64,000 nucleotides of DNA. It comes from Candidatus Methylomirabilia bacterium (GTDB taxonomy: Bacteria; Methylomirabilota; Methylomirabilia; Rokubacteriales; CSP1-6). The DNA is taken from contig JBHIBG010000002.1 in the NCBI GenBank assembly GCA_046758965.1, forward strand, positions 76,612-140,611. Reading direction: 5' to 3'. The notes beneath the pieces are model-generated. The model was not told the origin of the DNA and ran no database searches. It saw only the letters and a list, made by a program, of their open reading frames with translations. The translations under genes and the position numbers were made by a program. This document shows positions 63,825-64,000 of this stretch, piece by piece; positions within the stretch are counted from its first letter, which is position 1, and each line of letters starts with the position of its first letter.

Positions 63825-64000
63825 GGATGAAGTGAACTCCTTGGATTTACGGGTTTTTCTCCTTCCGGGAGTACGGCCTACACCGGCTAGGTTGCTCGTT
63901 CCCCCAACATCTGCACGTCCCGGAAGGACCTGGTTCATGGCGAAGTTGTGGTTCTCGTCGCTGGTGCTCGCGCAACATTCCCGGACCACGATGATTCGAT

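Overview
High-GC bacterial chromosome segment. The gene style (zinc ribbon-cyclase-AAA-TPR protein, many HEAT/DinB hypotheticals) suggests Ca. Rokubacteria/Methylomirabilota; this is inference only. Bases 1-30.7 kb are mostly housekeeping: leuCD-cimA, nfi, ligA, an orphan pheT with its own promoter, then zapB-like, zapA, 6S RNA, rny, ymdB, folD, xseAB, ispA, eno, ftsB and tRNA-fMet. A small accessory block (8-15 kb) lies within this part. Downstream of the tRNA, whose 3' end is duplicated 1.7 kb away (att-like), is a mosaic accessory region rich in hypotheticals, gene remnants and signalling genes (GAF-bEBP, GGDEF, HD-GYP, HEAT). The most striking observation is non-coding. Four dispersed promoters share an ~41-bp tandem-palindrome element 82-116 bp upstream of a near-identical sigma54-type -24/-12 box, GGCAGG(A/G)TT(C/T)TTGC. 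They precede a MotB/OmpA lipoprotein plus a PilZ gene, a small two-module protein, a secreted repeat protein plus a beta-barrel, and a bactofilin. Two of these targets also share an unrecognised 'WQKGYV' module. This looks like an undescribed sigma54/enhancer regulon, possibly linked to c-di-GMP. All family calls come from motif recognition by eye; no database searches were run.
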